From an uncultured virus (IMG/VR IMGVR_UViG_3300042516_003420) (taxonomy: Duplodnaviria > Heunggongvirae > Uroviricota > Caudoviricetes): 64,000 bases of DNA. Below are positions 23,765 to 33,943 of the stretch, piece by piece. Within the stretch, counting starts at the first letter, position 1, and each line of letters begins with the position of its first letter. Below the pieces are notes generated by a model. It had not been told where the DNA came from, ran no database searches, and saw only the letters and a list, made by a program, of their open reading frames with translations. The position numbers were made by a program, and so were the translations under genes. The DNA lies in IMG/VR virus record IMGVR_UViG_3300042516_003420; one strand, written 5' to 3'.

Positions 23765-26056
23765 ATGGCTGTATCTCAGGCGGACTTCTACGCATTTAGC
23801 CAAGCCACTGGCGCCCCAGTGCCCGAAGATCCGGAAGCACGGGCCAGGATTGCGCCTCAGGTGATGGAATGGCGGCGAAATCAACTCAAGCAAGCCCCCC
23901 AACAGGAAGAAGGTCCCAACCTTGTCCAAACGATTGGTGGTTTAGCGGCTGCCGCAGGGGTAGGTACGTTGGCATTCCTGGGGGGAAGGCGTCTTGGTGG
24001 CGCAATGGCTGCCAGGAGAGGCGTACAACCCGTCAATGTGCAGGTCCAGGAGGAGGCAGTGCGGCGTGCAGCCCAACCCATCCCCCAACTGAGGGGTGTC
24101 ACCCAGGCAACCGGAGCCCAAACCGCGCGGCCGCCCAGTCCCCGGCCTCCCTCCCCAGTCACACCAGTCTCGGTTCGCGACATCACCCCTCCTTCAGCAC
24201 CTCCGAGGGGGCAACGTGGTCCTGGAATTGTTGATCCTTGGTCTGGTCCTGCGCCTACTTCGTATCGCGGACCATTATTTACGCCTGATCAAGAAACAAC
24301 CCAGTCATTAACCCAACTTCGCGACTTCCTTGGTACAAAAGGGCGTTTTCCTGAGACAACTAGCGAGTTTGAAGAAAATATTGCGTACAATCAACGCCTT
24401 GGTCTAGCACTTCCTGAGGTAGAAGAGGAATTTGTAGCTTATCGCCCGGATCCGCGTGAATCTGTGGCACGACAAGTGGCAGATGCCCGTCGTCAAGCAG
24501 CAACCGAGAATTTATTACGTGCAGCAGAGGCACGTCGCGATACATACCAGCCAGATCTCCCTGGTATCAAAGGAACATTGATGGCATTGCGTTCTCCTGC
24601 CGGTGTTTCGGCAGAAGAAGCTGGTGAGTTAGTAGCACAAGCAGAATCACGGCCATTATCTGCAGCACCGGCGCAAACAAACCTTTTCCAGTACGTCAAA
24701 CAAGCAGCAGAACCAGAAGGTGATGCGGTTGATCGTTTGCTTACCGAATACAACCAACTTGTTGAACGCCAAGCTCGTGCTGATCAACGTGCACAGTCTT
24801 CTGTTCGCGAATACAAAATGCAACTCCAGGGCAAAGCAATGCGCGTCCTGGATGACCTCAGGCAAGAGTCGTTGGTTGAAACACAGCAGTCCAAGATTCC
24901 TTTCAACGTTGATCAAGCAATCAACGCCCTGGATGCAAGTGAAGATCAAGCAACTGGTCGCGTGCGGCAACAGCTGCAACGCAATGAAGATCTTAACCTT
25001 GGTGTTATCGACCGCATTGAAGACAGCACCAACAACATCAACGTTGCTGCATCGATGACACCTGATGGTATTCCTGTGGATCAGGCTGAATCTGGTGGTC
25101 GCATCAACCAACTTGTTGAGCAAGGCAAACGCTACTTGCGGGCACAGGAAGTTGATCTTGATTTTGACTATGGCCCTGAGAACCGTCGCCAAGCAGCCCA
25201 GGTTAATGACCGACTTTCCCGTGCATTAGAGCTGAAGAACACAGCGGATCGTATTATTCAAGAAGAGCTGGCCACACCTTCCCCCGTGGAGATGGCGCGT
25301 GACGTTAGTGCGTCTGAACGTGCCCGCCTCAAGGCACAAGGCTTTGCTGGTCAAAAACTAGAGCAACAATTACTGGAGAACATGCGGGCAAACTTCCCTG
25401 AAGGTCGGGAGGTCATGGCACCGCTGCAGGAAGAAACCCGTCGCATTGAACGCACAGGTATGCCAAGTGCCCTTTCGGTTGTTGAAAATGTTGGCTCTGT
25501 AGCACCTCTTAAGCAAGGCGAAGAGCGCATTGGAAAACCTGCTTCTCAACAGGCTGGATATGAAGGCGGCATTCGTGGCATGGGTCGTATTACTCGTGAA
25601 GATCTAGAAGAAAGCTCAAAAACAATTATCAATGAACCTGTAATTCCTCTTAAACCAACACAGCAGTATGTTCGTGTTCCCCGCGCTGGTGGGATGGGCG
25701 TCTATGGTCTTGAATCGGCATTTGCCCCTGGTGCTATCCGAAAACTGGGTCAGTTTGGTGAATCAGAATATGGCGAGATCGGTTATGAGTATTCACCAGC
25801 GGCTGAGCGCCGTCCCACAGATCTCACTGGCAAGCCTGGGTTAGAAGAGCTGCGCAACCCATATTCTCGTTTATCGGATGAACAGCTGGGCGAACTGTCC
25901 ATGTACGGTAGTGATACCGACAAATACAACGCACAACAACAACTTAAGAGCCGGGCGTCTGTAGATGTCACCCGAGAGTTGCGCCGGTTACAATTATCAA
26001 ATGAGCCTGGTGCCGCAGAAAATTTCCTCACTCGTTTTAAACAAGGTTTGATCTGA
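23765..26056 (+). CDS. Large helical protein, putative internal virion protein
   Basis: 763 aa, Gln/Glu/Ala/Arg-rich with a Gly/Ala hydrophobic segment; first gene of the late arm. Confidence 0.6.
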   Translation: MAVSQADFYAFSQATGAPVPEDPEARARIAPQVMEWRRNQLKQAPQQEEGPNLVQTIGGLAAAAGVGTLAFLGGRRLGGAMAARRGVQPVNVQVQEEAVRRAAQPIPQLRGVTQATGAQTARPPSPRPPSPVTPVSVRDITPPSAPPRGQRGPGIVDPWSGPAPTSYRGPLFTPDQETTQSLTQLRDFLGTKGRFPETTSEFEENIAYNQRLGLALPEVEEEFVAYRPDPRESVARQVADARRQAATENLLRAAEARRDTYQPDLPGIKGTLMALRSPAGVSAEEAGELVAQAESRPLSAAPAQTNLFQYVKQAAEPEGDAVDRLLTEYNQLVERQARADQRAQSSVREYKMQLQGKAMRVLDDLRQESLVETQQSKIPFNVDQAINALDASEDQATGRVRQQLQRNEDLNLGVIDRIEDSTNNINVAASMTPDGIPVDQAESGGRINQLVEQGKRYLRAQEVDLDFDYGPENRRQAAQVNDRLSRALELKNTADRIIQEELATPSPVEMARDVSASERARLKAQGFAGQKLEQQLLENMRANFPEGREVMAPLQEETRRIERTGMPSALSVVENVGSVAPLKQGEERIGKPASQQAGYEGGIRGMGRITREDLEESSKTIINEPVIPLKPTQQYVRVPRAGGMGVYGLESAFAPGAIRKLGQFGESEYGEIGYEYSPAAERRPTDLTGKPGLEELRNPYSRLSDEQLGELSMYGSDTDKYNAQQQLKSRASVDVTRELRRLQLSNEPGAAENFLTRFKQGLI

Positions 26057-26277
26057 TGGCCGAACAGAAAAAGAAAAAAGAAAAGAAGTGGATTCAAGGC
26101 ATGGAGATGAAGGAAGGTGCCTTCACCGCCAAAGCCAAAAAGAAAGGAATTACTACTTCACAGCTTCAGGAGAATGTTCTTTCTAATCCTGAAAAGTATG
26201 ACGAAAAAACCGTCAAACAAGCTAACTTGCGTAAGACGTTAGTAGGATTACATAACAAGAAGAAAGCTAAAGGCTAA
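26056..26277 (+). CDS. Small Lys-rich protein
   Basis: KWIQ...KEGAFTAKAKK...ANLRKTL. Confidence 0.7.
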   Translation: MAEQKKKKEKKWIQGMEMKEGAFTAKAKKKGITTSQLQENVLSNPEKYDEKTVKQANLRKTLVGLHNKKKAKG

Positions 26278-26912
26278 TGGCAAAAGACCATCGGCTTGAC
26301 CTTGGCCGTTATGTTACCAACCCCTTTAACAAACAGGGTAATATCCGAGCCAACTTAGATTTCGATGAACTGTTTCGGGCAAAACCCGAGACAGGTGCTT
26401 ACCCCTGGAACCCATCTCGGTTTCAAGAGACGGACCTGCTAAAAAGAATGCAATCGCGGAAACGCATTCTTAACCCGGATCTAAACTTTGTATCTAACTT
26501 TCCCTTCTTTGGTACAAACACAGACAATGTTATTGATTACGAACTGTTTGAAGGCTTAGGACGGTTTAACCGTCCAGAAGAATATGACTTCAACGAAGGG
26601 CGTGCAATAACAAATCAGCGTCCACAAGATCAACCAGACTTCAACCCTGTTTGGGTTGATGCCTACCGTCTCAGCCCAACAGTGAATCCTGGCAAAGTTG
26701 CCAAGAATCCAATGCCTCGCATGAGGAACCCAGATCCCAACGGTTATCTGATGGCAGCTGCGGAGAAACGTGCAGAGAACGAAGTGGAAGGCAAGATGTC
26801 AATTGCTCAGCTCCTGGACCGCAAAGGAGTGATGAAACCTGTAGAGGTCAAAAAAGAAGAAGAGGAAGGAACCAAGATTGAAGAAGAGCCAAATCCTGGG
26901 CCACCAGGTTAA
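26277..26912 (+). CDS. Hypothetical protein
   Basis: 211 aa, TAATG-coupled. Confidence 0.7.
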   Translation: MAKDHRLDLGRYVTNPFNKQGNIRANLDFDELFRAKPETGAYPWNPSRFQETDLLKRMQSRKRILNPDLNFVSNFPFFGTNTDNVIDYELFEGLGRFNRPEEYDFNEGRAITNQRPQDQPDFNPVWVDAYRLSPTVNPGKVAKNPMPRMRNPDPNGYLMAAAEKRAENEVEGKMSIAQLLDRKGVMKPVEVKKEEEEGTKIEEEPNPGPPG

Positions 26913-26955
26913 TTAAAAATAGGAAGAATATAATACTTAAAAGGGCGCCAATAGA

Positions 26956-27570
26956 ATGATTAAACTTGCAGGCCAAGCATTACAAAAAATTCTTGGCTCA
27001 CGCATTGGCCAAGCCATGACGGCTCCTGCAACCAGGGAAGCGGCAAAGGCTTCTATTCCTGGTTCTGTATTAACGGCAGGTTTTACAGGATTAGCAGGCG
27101 GCGGCCTGGGAACTTCTTTGGCGACAGCTGGTTTAGATATGGGCCTGTCAACAGCAGGTGCACGCCTTGCTGGGAAAGTAACACCAGAAATGCTTTCCAG
27201 GGTAACCGGTAAACGCATCGGCAATCTCCTTGCAGGTTCTAAACCAGGTGAGATGTCTGTGCTGCAGAACATCGCAATGGGTACGGGCAGTGTTGGTGCA
27301 GCCCTGGCGACTGCTCCCATGCTGGCCAATGACCAGATTGCAGCATTATCTCAACAACAGCTGCAACAACTCATGGCCGAACCTGTGGTCATGGATCAAA
27401 CAGCAACAGCAGAACAACAGCTTCTCCAACGAGATTTAATTAATAACCTTCAAGGCGAAGCACTGTCTCCTGGCACCATGTTCCAGATGCAAGGCATTGA
27501 ATCCACTCTTGGACGCATTGATCCTTCTCTTGATCCTTACGGCATCATGCGCGGGGGAGCCCTGCGATGA
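26956..27570 (+). CDS. Gly/Ala/Gln-rich putative internal virion protein
   Basis: Composition and position. Confidence 0.55.
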   Translation: MIKLAGQALQKILGSRIGQAMTAPATREAAKASIPGSVLTAGFTGLAGGGLGTSLATAGLDMGLSTAGARLAGKVTPEMLSRVTGKRIGNLLAGSKPGEMSVLQNIAMGTGSVGAALATAPMLANDQIAALSQQQLQQLMAEPVVMDQTATAEQQLLQRDLINNLQGEALSPGTMFQMQGIESTLGRIDPSLDPYGIMRGGALR

Positions 27571-28547
27571 ACCCGCAACTTAACAATATTCTTCGCAATA
27601 TCAAAACCGGCGTTCAGGATTTCAAAACTGGCGTCCGGATGGCGGACGAAGTTCAACGCGCAAGCCAAGCAAATATTGAAGGAGGTCTTGGTTACGGGCA
27701 AAGTATTCTTGACCCAAGATTCAAACAAGGAGTCGCCCAAGCGGGCATCTCATTCAAAGAAAATCCATCTCAGTTTTTAGGTGCGTATACCTCTCGTTTG
27801 ATTGTTGATGCAGCCAATGACGGATCGCGTACCTACTGGTGGCGTTACAACCATCCATTGGCCGTAGCTCAAAAGAGTGTTGAGTATGGTGTGAATCCAA
27901 TTCAATCACCAACTGCGCGTGCAGCTGCTGCTCTTGCTATTGCAGTACCGGCGGTTTCTGCAGCGGGTACTTACAACTTGTTAAATCCTGGTGAGCTGTT
28001 CCGTCCCAAAGGTTACGCTCAAACCTATTCCGAACCAGGCTCAGAAGATCGTCGCGAAACAGCTCAACCTGCGCAGGAGTTAGTTGAACGTTTCTTCATG
28101 GGACGCACAGGAGAACCCTTGAAGTACGAAACCGCTAAACAAGATATCCCATCATTAACGCCGCAACGTTACGCAAACTACCAAAACTTCTTGTACAACG
28201 AACGCGGATTGCTTGACCTGGGCGTAATTAAAGCAACTTCCGAAAACCTGCAAGGTTACCCAGAGGCCCGGATGTTGGGCTTCCCAGTTACCATCCCAAT
28301 GGCAGGTGCTTTTGCGGCAGGTTCTATCGGTGCTCGCCAAGCAATGGTCAAAGGTCGTACCGTTACTCCAGAAGGTAAAACGGTTACAGACTTTTATACC
28401 GGGCGTAAAGGCGCAACCCGTGGCATTTTGGGTGGTCTTGCCGGTTCTGTGGCAGGTGTTGCAGCTGGTCATTTAATTAATGAAGTTATTGCAACTGCAA
28501 ACCGTCCTAAACTAGAAGAGTTAAATAATTATCAGCAAGGTATGTAG
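27567..28547 (+). CDS. Putative virion protein with Gly-zipper segments
   Basis: 326 aa; GILGGLAGSVAGVAAG. Confidence 0.55.
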   Translation: MNPQLNNILRNIKTGVQDFKTGVRMADEVQRASQANIEGGLGYGQSILDPRFKQGVAQAGISFKENPSQFLGAYTSRLIVDAANDGSRTYWWRYNHPLAVAQKSVEYGVNPIQSPTARAAAALAIAVPAVSAAGTYNLLNPGELFRPKGYAQTYSEPGSEDRRETAQPAQELVERFFMGRTGEPLKYETAKQDIPSLTPQRYANYQNFLYNERGLLDLGVIKATSENLQGYPEARMLGFPVTIPMAGAFAAGSIGARQAMVKGRTVTPEGKTVTDFYTGRKGATRGILGGLAGSVAGVAAGHLINEVIATANRPKLEELNNYQQGM

Positions 28548-28587
28548 GCTGATAAAATTAAACTATCTAAAGTAATAGTTTTTAAAT

Positions 28588-29430
28588 ATGGCTTACGTCG
28601 GTTACCCTGCTGGGTCTGCACAAGCTCCTCAGTCGGGGCTTCCCGGCGGCGCAATGGTTCCTTATGGCGGCGCACAATTAACTACCGGTTTAGGCGCTCC
28701 TGGTGCTGGCCAACAAGATCCTCGGTTCTTCCAGGATTTACTGAATAAACTCAAAGGTGCGGGTGCAGCCGCCGCTCCTGCTATCGGTGCAATCGGTAAG
28801 TATGGTGCCGCTACCGCACCAGGTGTTCAAAGCATGTTAGGTGGTGACATCCTTGGCGGTGCTGCTCAGGTTGCCGCTGGTGCTGGTGCAACTGCAGCCG
28901 CTGCCCCTGTTGGTGCTGCTGTTGCCCGTGGTGCCGCTGCTGCATTACCAGGTCCACTTAAGGCAGCCGCTCCTTTCATCGGTGGCGCAACTCAAGCATT
29001 AGCCGGTACTCTTGCTAGTGCAGGTGTTGGTGCTGGTATTGGTGCTGCCAAAGCTGCGGTCGGGAACATCCCAGGCGCTCAACGTGAAGCTGGTCAAACC
29101 CCTGGGGCCGTCCCTGGCACAACCGCAGGTGGCGTTGGCTTAGATCAACTGAGCGGTGAGCAAAAGCAAATTGCAGAACTTGCACGTTTGATGGGTGTGG
29201 ACATTCCTGCTCAGCAAGCCGCTGCTCTGATGCCATATGCTAATCAGATGAAGAATTCTGACATGCAACGTCAGATGCAACTGAATCAACAACTGGGTCA
29301 ACTGACCGGTGCCCTAAACCGCCAACAGTACGCCTTCCAGCTTGCAGGTGGTGCTCAAGGCCAAGCAGGTGAAACACTGCGCACCATGATGACCAGCAAT
29401 CCTTACGCTGCTTCTACCTTCCGGTATTGA
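28588..29430 (+). CDS. Gly/Ala-rich putative ejection/pilot protein
   Basis: Very G/A-rich core and Gln-rich C-terminus. Confidence 0.55.
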   Translation: MAYVGYPAGSAQAPQSGLPGGAMVPYGGAQLTTGLGAPGAGQQDPRFFQDLLNKLKGAGAAAAPAIGAIGKYGAATAPGVQSMLGGDILGGAAQVAAGAGATAAAAPVGAAVARGAAAALPGPLKAAAPFIGGATQALAGTLASAGVGAGIGAAKAAVGNIPGAQREAGQTPGAVPGTTAGGVGLDQLSGEQKQIAELARLMGVDIPAQQAAALMPYANQMKNSDMQRQMQLNQQLGQLTGALNRQQYAFQLAGGAQGQAGETLRTMMTSNPYAASTFRY

Positions 29431-29433
29431 TCA

Positions 29434-29991
29434 ATGGCTTTTAACGCAGGAAAATGGGGCGGTCTTCTTAGCCAAGAAAGTGCCGCTGCTCTTACTGGAG
29501 GACCTGCTTTAGCTGGATCTTCTGCTGCGTCTCAGTTTGGTGCAGGCGGAATTGAAAATTTTCAGAACGCCATCAACCAGTGGCGACAAGCAACCCAAGG
29601 CTTGAGCAAAGAAGAGCAACAGATGTTTGCTCCTCAGTTTATGCAGAGCCTGTTCCCTTCTGCCGATAATGCCCTGGTGGATCGCTTGATGGGGATGTAT
29701 GAAAAACAGATGTCGCCTGAGGAACAGATGCGTCAGCTGGAGTTGGCAGACAAGTACCAAACCCGTAAGGGCTGGAAATCTGCAATGTTCAATACCTTAA
29801 ATTCTGGTATTGAGAACCTTACCAAGGGTATCGCAATGTCGATGAATCCTTATGGCACTCCTGAAGCTGCTCGCTATGCGGCAGACATGATTGCAGGAGC
29901 AGGTGACCGCATGGCAGCTGGTTACCAGGCAGCTCGCAATCCGATGATGATCCCAGCGGTTAGTCCCCCTGGTGCAATCTCCTACTTTTAA
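29434..29991 (+). CDS. Putative internal virion protein
   Basis: 185 aa, same cluster. Confidence 0.55.
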   Translation: MAFNAGKWGGLLSQESAAALTGGPALAGSSAASQFGAGGIENFQNAINQWRQATQGLSKEEQQMFAPQFMQSLFPSADNALVDRLMGMYEKQMSPEEQMRQLELADKYQTRKGWKSAMFNTLNSGIENLTKGIAMSMNPYGTPEAARYAADMIAGAGDRMAAGYQAARNPMMIPAVSPPGAISYF

Positions 29992-30011
29992 ATTGTTTAA
30001 GGAGTAAGGCA

Positions 30012-30692
30012 ATGGCTTTTGATTGGGCAACATTTGGGGGTTTTGGCTTAGGTGCCATTGGCAACGTTGTTGGCGGCATCTTTCAAGGCCAAGCTCAACA
30101 ACGTGCTGCCCAAATCCAAGCCAATGCTGCAAACGTTGCTTCCTTAGGTTCTCTTCGTGGCCAGCAGATGGCCATGAGCCAGAATCGCCTGGACCGTGGT
30201 TATCGCAACATTGCTGACCTTCTAAACATGAAGGCAGCTCAAGATGCAAGAACAGATAATTACGTTTATGGAATGAATGCTTTCTTGATGAAAAATCAAG
30301 GAGATATTCAGCGTGACATAGTTGGTCAGGCCGGTCAGATGCGCGGCATGCTTGCCGGCAAATCAATGGATGCCCTTAATTCCATTATTGATACTAGTAA
30401 TCAGTTACGGGTTGCAGATAATGCTTTTGCAAATACTTCCTTGTTGAATACACAAGGGCAGCAACTGGCTGAACGTGCAGGTAAATTCCGCGCACTGTTT
30501 GAAAATCCAATGGAAACAGCGGAACTTGGAGCACGGCGCCGTCAAGATATTGGCATTTCTCTTTCACCAGAAGCGCGTGAGCTTTCTCAACGTGAACGGA
30601 AGGGGCGCATCCAAGAAGCAGTGGCAATTCAACGTGGTGTTCTGGACAAGATGTTTGGAAATTATTCGGCAGGCTTTGGTCCTTATGCGTAA
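30012..30692 (+). CDS. Putative DNA ejection protein (T7 gp14/P22 gp7-like architecture)
   Basis: N-terminal GLGAIGNVVGGIF followed by an AQQRAAQIQANAA coil. Confidence 0.55.
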   Translation: MAFDWATFGGFGLGAIGNVVGGIFQGQAQQRAAQIQANAANVASLGSLRGQQMAMSQNRLDRGYRNIADLLNMKAAQDARTDNYVYGMNAFLMKNQGDIQRDIVGQAGQMRGMLAGKSMDALNSIIDTSNQLRVADNAFANTSLLNTQGQQLAERAGKFRALFENPMETAELGARRRQDIGISLSPEARELSQRERKGRIQEAVAIQRGVLDKMFGNYSAGFGPYA

Positions 30693-30733
30693 CCATTGCT
30701 TTAAAATGTATCTATCTAACGGAGTAATTTAAA

Positions 30734-31867
30734 ATGGGTGGCGGTGGCGGTCCAAGTGACAATTCAGATAAAGTTGCAAGAGAACAAAGAAAAATTGCTG
30801 AAAAGCAACTTGAATTTGATAAAAGGGAAGCTAAACGTCAAGCGGCATACCGCGATCAAGTCCTTGCCCAACAGCGTGTTACAGATGAACGTAGGTATGG
30901 GTTAGATCTGAAGGCAGACGAACGAGCTACGTCTGCTGCATCTTTTAACCAAACGATGGCCCAGCAACAGCTGGCCTACCAAACTCAGCGTGACGCTCAA
31001 CTTTACGGTTTACAACAGCAAGAGCTGCAGTATGCCGAAGCAGATCGCAATTACTATCGCGAAAAAGCAGCACGGGAAGAACAAGCAATTGCCGCTCAAC
31101 GTGCTGCGCAAGAAGCAAAAGAATCAGCTCGCCTTGCCAGTGGTGCTGTTGGGTACGATCCTTTTAAACAATCAATTGAAACGCAACTGCGCTCTGGTTT
31201 AATTAACTTCCAGCAAGCTCAGGATTACCTGCGCGATTACACAACAAAATATGAGCTAACAGGTAAAGAAGGAGAGCTGGGGCAGTTTGCTAATTTATAC
31301 GCACAAGAGATTGCTCCTACTCGATTTGCCACTGGCCTTGAAGGGGCTTATGAAGAGATCCTTGGACGCAAGGCTACCGAAGAAGAAAAAGCTACGGGTG
31401 TTGAGCGTTTTAAGGGTGGTTATTATCAAACCATTACCGATCTCAAGGAATCCCTTTACAAGGGTCAGGAGTACCAGAAGAAATTCAACAAGAGTTATCT
31501 TGACTCCTATTACGACACCATGTTTGGTGACGAGATCAAGGATACAGAAGGAGCTGGTACTGGAAGAAGGACCTTTAAGTTTGATAAGAACTTGCTGCCT
31601 ACTTACGCAGGTGATCTTTCAGAACGCACAAAAGTTAGTCTTCCAAGTTTTGCTGATCAGTTTGAAGGAACCCCTGCAGAGCTTGAGCAGCAACTGCAGA
31701 ACGTTCGTGACTCCCGCCAATTCCTGTACAGCGCTGGTTTAACCAACCTCCAAGGTGAGATTGACAAGGAAACCCAGAAGCTGAAAAACGAAGGCGCTAA
31801 AGAGGTTCAAAAGATCGCAGCTCAAGGGGATATTTACAAATCTCTTGTTGGAAGCTTTAGCTTCTAA
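30734..31867 (+). CDS. Coiled-coil putative virion protein
   Basis: 377 aa with MGGGGG start. Confidence 0.6.
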   Translation: MGGGGGPSDNSDKVAREQRKIAEKQLEFDKREAKRQAAYRDQVLAQQRVTDERRYGLDLKADERATSAASFNQTMAQQQLAYQTQRDAQLYGLQQQELQYAEADRNYYREKAAREEQAIAAQRAAQEAKESARLASGAVGYDPFKQSIETQLRSGLINFQQAQDYLRDYTTKYELTGKEGELGQFANLYAQEIAPTRFATGLEGAYEEILGRKATEEEKATGVERFKGGYYQTITDLKESLYKGQEYQKKFNKSYLDSYYDTMFGDEIKDTEGAGTGRRTFKFDKNLLPTYAGDLSERTKVSLPSFADQFEGTPAELEQQLQNVRDSRQFLYSAGLTNLQGEIDKETQKLKNEGAKEVQKIAAQGDIYKSLVGSFSF

Positions 31868-31909
31868 GAAAATACCCCTTATAATTAATTTATTGGTATT
31901 TGATAAACC

Positions 31910-32086
31910 ATGACAAACACTCCTGTTATCGGTTCTACTGCCGACGATTATTTTGATATCAGTAAGTTCGAAGAACTCCTGAACCGTCTTGAAGCATCTA
32001 AGCAGCGTCAGCAGCGCCAGAAGAGCGTTGAAGGTCGCCGTGACATCTTCAGCACCGGTCTTGCTGGCATGATGAGCAACTTCTGA
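31910..32086 (+). CDS. Small protein, tandem copy A (58 aa, not in ORF track)
   Basis: MTNTPVIGSTADDYFDISKFEELLNRLEASKQRQQRQKSVEGRRDIFSTGLAGMMSNF. Confidence 0.85.
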   Translation: MTNTPVIGSTADDYFDISKFEELLNRLEASKQRQQRQKSVEGRRDIFSTGLAGMMSNF

Positions 32087-32097
32087 GGTAAACAACC

Positions 32098-32274
32098 ATG
32101 ACCACAACGCCTGTTCTTGGCTCAACAACTGATGACTATTTTGACATCACAAAGTTTGAGCAGCTGCTAGATCGCCTTGAAGCATCGAAGCAACGGCAAC
32201 AGCGCCAGAAGAGCGTTGAAGGTCGTCGCGATATCTTTAGTACCGGTCTTGCCGGTATGATGAGCAACTTCTGA
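32098..32274 (+). CDS. Small protein, tandem copy B (58 aa, not in ORF track)
   Basis: MTTTPVLGSTTDDYFDITKFEQLLDRLEASKQRQQRQKSVEGRRDIFSTGLAGMMSNF. Confidence 0.85.
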   Translation: MTTTPVLGSTTDDYFDITKFEQLLDRLEASKQRQQRQKSVEGRRDIFSTGLAGMMSNF

Positions 32275-32288
32275 TTTGAGTTATTAGA

Positions 32289-32537
32289 ATGGCTGCAACA
32301 GACATTACTGATACTTACAGTACAGACGACTGGTTTGATATTGACAAATATCGCCAGGCAGCTGGTGTAGCCTACGAATTCTCAAAGAAAAAAGCAGAAG
32401 ATGTTGGAACCCAAGAGCGAGAAACAATCGGCAAAGGAGCGTCTGAACAACGAACCTCTGCCGAACAAGCTCAGCAGTTCAAGCAAAAGGACGAAGAGCG
32501 AGACTACGGCCAGGCTCAACGAGCTTATCGATATTGA
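32289..32537 (+). CDS. Small protein sharing the DD[YW]FDI motif
   Basis: STDDWFDIDKY. Confidence 0.75.
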   Translation: MAATDITDTYSTDDWFDIDKYRQAAGVAYEFSKKKAEDVGTQERETIGKGASEQRTSAEQAQQFKQKDEERDYGQAQRAYRY

Positions 32538-33024
32538 GGTTTTTGACCAGTGGGTTGACAATCTCGACTCCTCTGTTCAAGAATCTTTTTGTTCTTTCGC
32601 CAAAGATAATAACTCCGTAATTGAGTGCTTCCTGTATTCCCGGTTCCTTGGGTATACAGGGAGTATTGTTGCGTGTGATCTTTGGGTTAATAAACACTAC
32701 AAAAAACCTGATCATCGTAAAACTCTTCTTTACGAGATCGAGGAAATGCAAGAAGATATTCGGAAGCTTAGGGAAGCTGTTGAGCAAGGCACTGTCAAAC
32801 GTGATGCAGGTGTTGCCCGCGTGGCGTCCATGCAAAAAGAATTGCGCGGTGCAATCCAACAAATTGAGCAATTCTCTTCTGCTAGAGATCGCAAAGGTTT
32901 GTTGATGGCTGGTGCTGATAGGGCCATTCGTGAGTTAATGTTTATTTTTAAAGACGACCCAATTGAAGGTCCTCTGCAAGAAGCCTCGATGAGTGTCTGG
33001 GCCAGAATGCAGCTCGAAGAGTAA
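32401..33024 (+). CDS. Hypothetical protein (possible terminase small subunit; start uncertain)
   Basis: Helical 207 aa ORF about 0.9 kb upstream of terL. Confidence 0.5.
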   Translation: MLEPKSEKQSAKERLNNEPLPNKLSSSSKRTKSETTARLNELIDIEVFDQWVDNLDSSVQESFCSFAKDNNSVIECFLYSRFLGYTGSIVACDLWVNKHYKKPDHRKTLLYEIEEMQEDIRKLREAVEQGTVKRDAGVARVASMQKELRGAIQQIEQFSSARDRKGLLMAGADRAIRELMFIFKDDPIEGPLQEASMSVWARMQLEE

Positions 33025-33064
33025 ATTCATTCCTTTAAAATATTAAGTAACTAAAAGATTAATC

Positions 33065-33508
33065 ATGGGCGCTGGCAAACCAATTCAACGCAGGCCTGGG
33101 TCAGCTTCAATGTTTCCAGGGGAAGCTCCTCAAGTACCCCTACGTCCAGGCATGGAGGAGTCTACTTTCCGCCGTGGTGAGATCACTGCAGAACGTGATC
33201 GCAATGGTCGCCGGGAAGAAATGTACCGGGACTTCCAAGCGGCTGAACAACAGCAGCAGCAAATGCGGGCGCAGATGGAAGCAGAACGTGCTCGTGCCAC
33301 TGCCAGCGTTGCTCCCGGCGGTGCAGTAGAGCGCGGCGCTCAAGCTTTTGGGGCAGCCTTTGGTGGCGCAGGTCAAGGTCCAGCAAACATTCCTGCGCGT
33401 TCAGGCGTTGCGTTTGGCCCAGGACGTACAACCCGCACACCAGAACCTGGTACACCTGAGTTCAATGATCTGATTCAACGTGGTCGTAAGGCCATTGGTC
33501 GTCGCTGA
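33065..33508 (+). CDS. Hypothetical protein
   Basis: 147 aa with upstream TAAAAT. Confidence 0.65.
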   Translation: MGAGKPIQRRPGSASMFPGEAPQVPLRPGMEESTFRRGEITAERDRNGRREEMYRDFQAAEQQQQQMRAQMEAERARATASVAPGGAVERGAQAFGAAFGGAGQGPANIPARSGVAFGPGRTTRTPEPGTPEFNDLIQRGRKAIGRR

Positions 33509-33510
33509 CA

Positions 33511-33666
33511 ATGGCTAAAGATAAAATGCCGCCTGAGCTTCTTAGCCATTTCAAAAAGAAAGAAGCAAAAAATCAAGACGGTTCGGAAATGAACGATAAA
33601 GAAAAACGTCGGGCGGCATTAGATAAGGCGCGTAAGTACCAAGAACAAAAACAAAAAGGTAAATAA
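33511..33666 (+). CDS. Small Lys-rich protein (51 aa, not in ORF track)
   Basis: MAKDKMPPELLSHFKKKEAK... Confidence 0.65.
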   Translation: MAKDKMPPELLSHFKKKEAKNQDGSEMNDKEKRRAALDKARKYQEQKQKGK

Positions 33667-33668
33667 CA

Positions 33669-33917
33669 ATGGGCGGCGCATCCCCACAAAAACCGCAATT
33701 AGGCTCTCAACTGAACTCACAGTTTGAGCAGGCTTACGCTGCTGCACGGCAGGCACGCAAGGAAGGCTGGGAAACCCAATCAAGTGATTTGTTTCAAACC
33801 CTTTTGAAAACGGGGCAGAAACCATATAGTTCACCTTATGAACCAGAGGATTACTTTGCCCCAATGAGCAATCAAAATCCTGGGCCATTCGACAGCATGT
33901 TCAATCGTTTAGGTTAG
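33669..33917 (+). CDS. Hypothetical protein
   Basis: 82 aa ORF. Confidence 0.6.
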   Translation: MGGASPQKPQLGSQLNSQFEQAYAAARQARKEGWETQSSDLFQTLLKTGQKPYSSPYEPEDYFAPMSNQNPGPFDSMFNRLG

Positions 33918-33943
33918 TATTAGGAATACCTTGAAGTAGTGCT

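Noticed and set aside
32381..32401. Programmed -1 frameshift joining the 32289 and 32401 ORFs
   Set aside because: An A-run exists, but the downstream ORF is in the +1 frame and has its own ATG.
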